DNA of 63,863 nucleotides, filler included, from Choristocarpus tenellus KU-1152 (Eukaryota; Protista; Phaeophyceae): the NCBI GenBank assembly GCA_964200185.2. It is 11 parts of 11 records of this genome, joined end to end, with 100 filler letters (N's around TTAATTAATTAA, not from the genome) between each part and the next. Parts side by side here need not be neighbours in the genome. Positions count along the whole stretch, not along the records: positions 60,966 to 63,863 come from CAXNAD020023806.1; 10 more parts are not named here. The stretch is one strand, 5' to 3'. The first letter of the stretch is position 1. Each line of letters starts with the position of its first letter. Shown piece after piece: positions 63,440 to 63,863 of this stretch. Position numbers and translations under genes: made by a program. The notes beneath the pieces are model-generated. The model made no database searches. It was not told where the DNA came from and worked only from the letters and a program-made list of their open reading frames with translations.

Positions 63440-63615
63440 GACCCAAAGTATATGGGGGTGGGGGCTGTCTACACCAGGGTGTCTATGTGGGTCAAAACCA
63501 GGAAAAGTCCACTTTCATTATCCATCCGACGTGTGCAACCAAATTACCCAAAATCGCGACATGAAAAAATTGACCCCAAATGGATAGCCGCCACCCCCCC
63601 CTGATACTTTGGGTC
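63440..63615 (+). mobile_element. MITE family B, full length, TSD TGAA
   Basis: GACCCAAAGTAT...ATACTTTGGGTC, flanked by TGAA on both sides. Confidence 0.92.
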
Positions 63616-63772
63616 TGAAGCGCGCCACACGCCTTGAGATCCCCACTTTTGCTGTGACTGACAGAATCGATAGCAAGCCTGTCTTAACTTCTCCCTTCAT
63701 ACGAAACACACCAGCCCCCCTGGCATTCACAACATGAGTCACTAGCCCATCCGGAGGAACTACTCATATTGT

Positions 63773-63863
63773 GATCCAAAATATCTGGGGGGGGGGGGGG
63801 GGGGCTAAACCAGGGGGGCACTTTTGGTGCAAAACAGGAAACGGGGACTTTATTTTTCCCTCC
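63773..63863 (+). mobile_element. MITE family B, partial at window end
   Basis: GATCCAAAATATCT(G)n..CACCAGGG..CAAAACAGGAAA. Confidence 0.7.

Overview
Eukaryotic, intron-rich, repeat-rich draft genome sequence. The retroelement and intron style suggest a stramenopile alga such as a brown alga, but this is inference only. The window is not contiguous: it is 11 unrelated contigs joined by ten artificial 100-nt linkers (N44-TTAATTAATTAA-N44), so no neighbourhood inference is valid across them. Host genes were reconstructed from splice signals: a complete 4-exon MAPEG-family gene; the 3' part of a CaMKK/LKB1-like kinase ending in a CaaX box; the 3' part of an RBR (Ariadne-like) E3 ligase; a coiled-coil protein with four 47-aa repeats; a Gly/Pro-rich terminal exon; a tail-anchored protein; and a few isolated exons. 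Decayed autonomous-type transposable elements are a CRE-like RT+RLE non-LTR retrotransposon, two RTE-type LINE fragments, a plant-type mariner with a Stowaway-type TIR, and a Ty1/copia element with a half-tRNA(iMet) primer-binding site. The most striking unannotated structure is about 27 full or partial copies of five non-autonomous DNA transposon (MITE) families with related G(A/G)GTCAAA-type TIRs and 3-4 bp target-site duplications, resembling Sola2. Most ORFs in the supplied track are spurious. No prokaryotic-type system (CRISPR, operon) is present.
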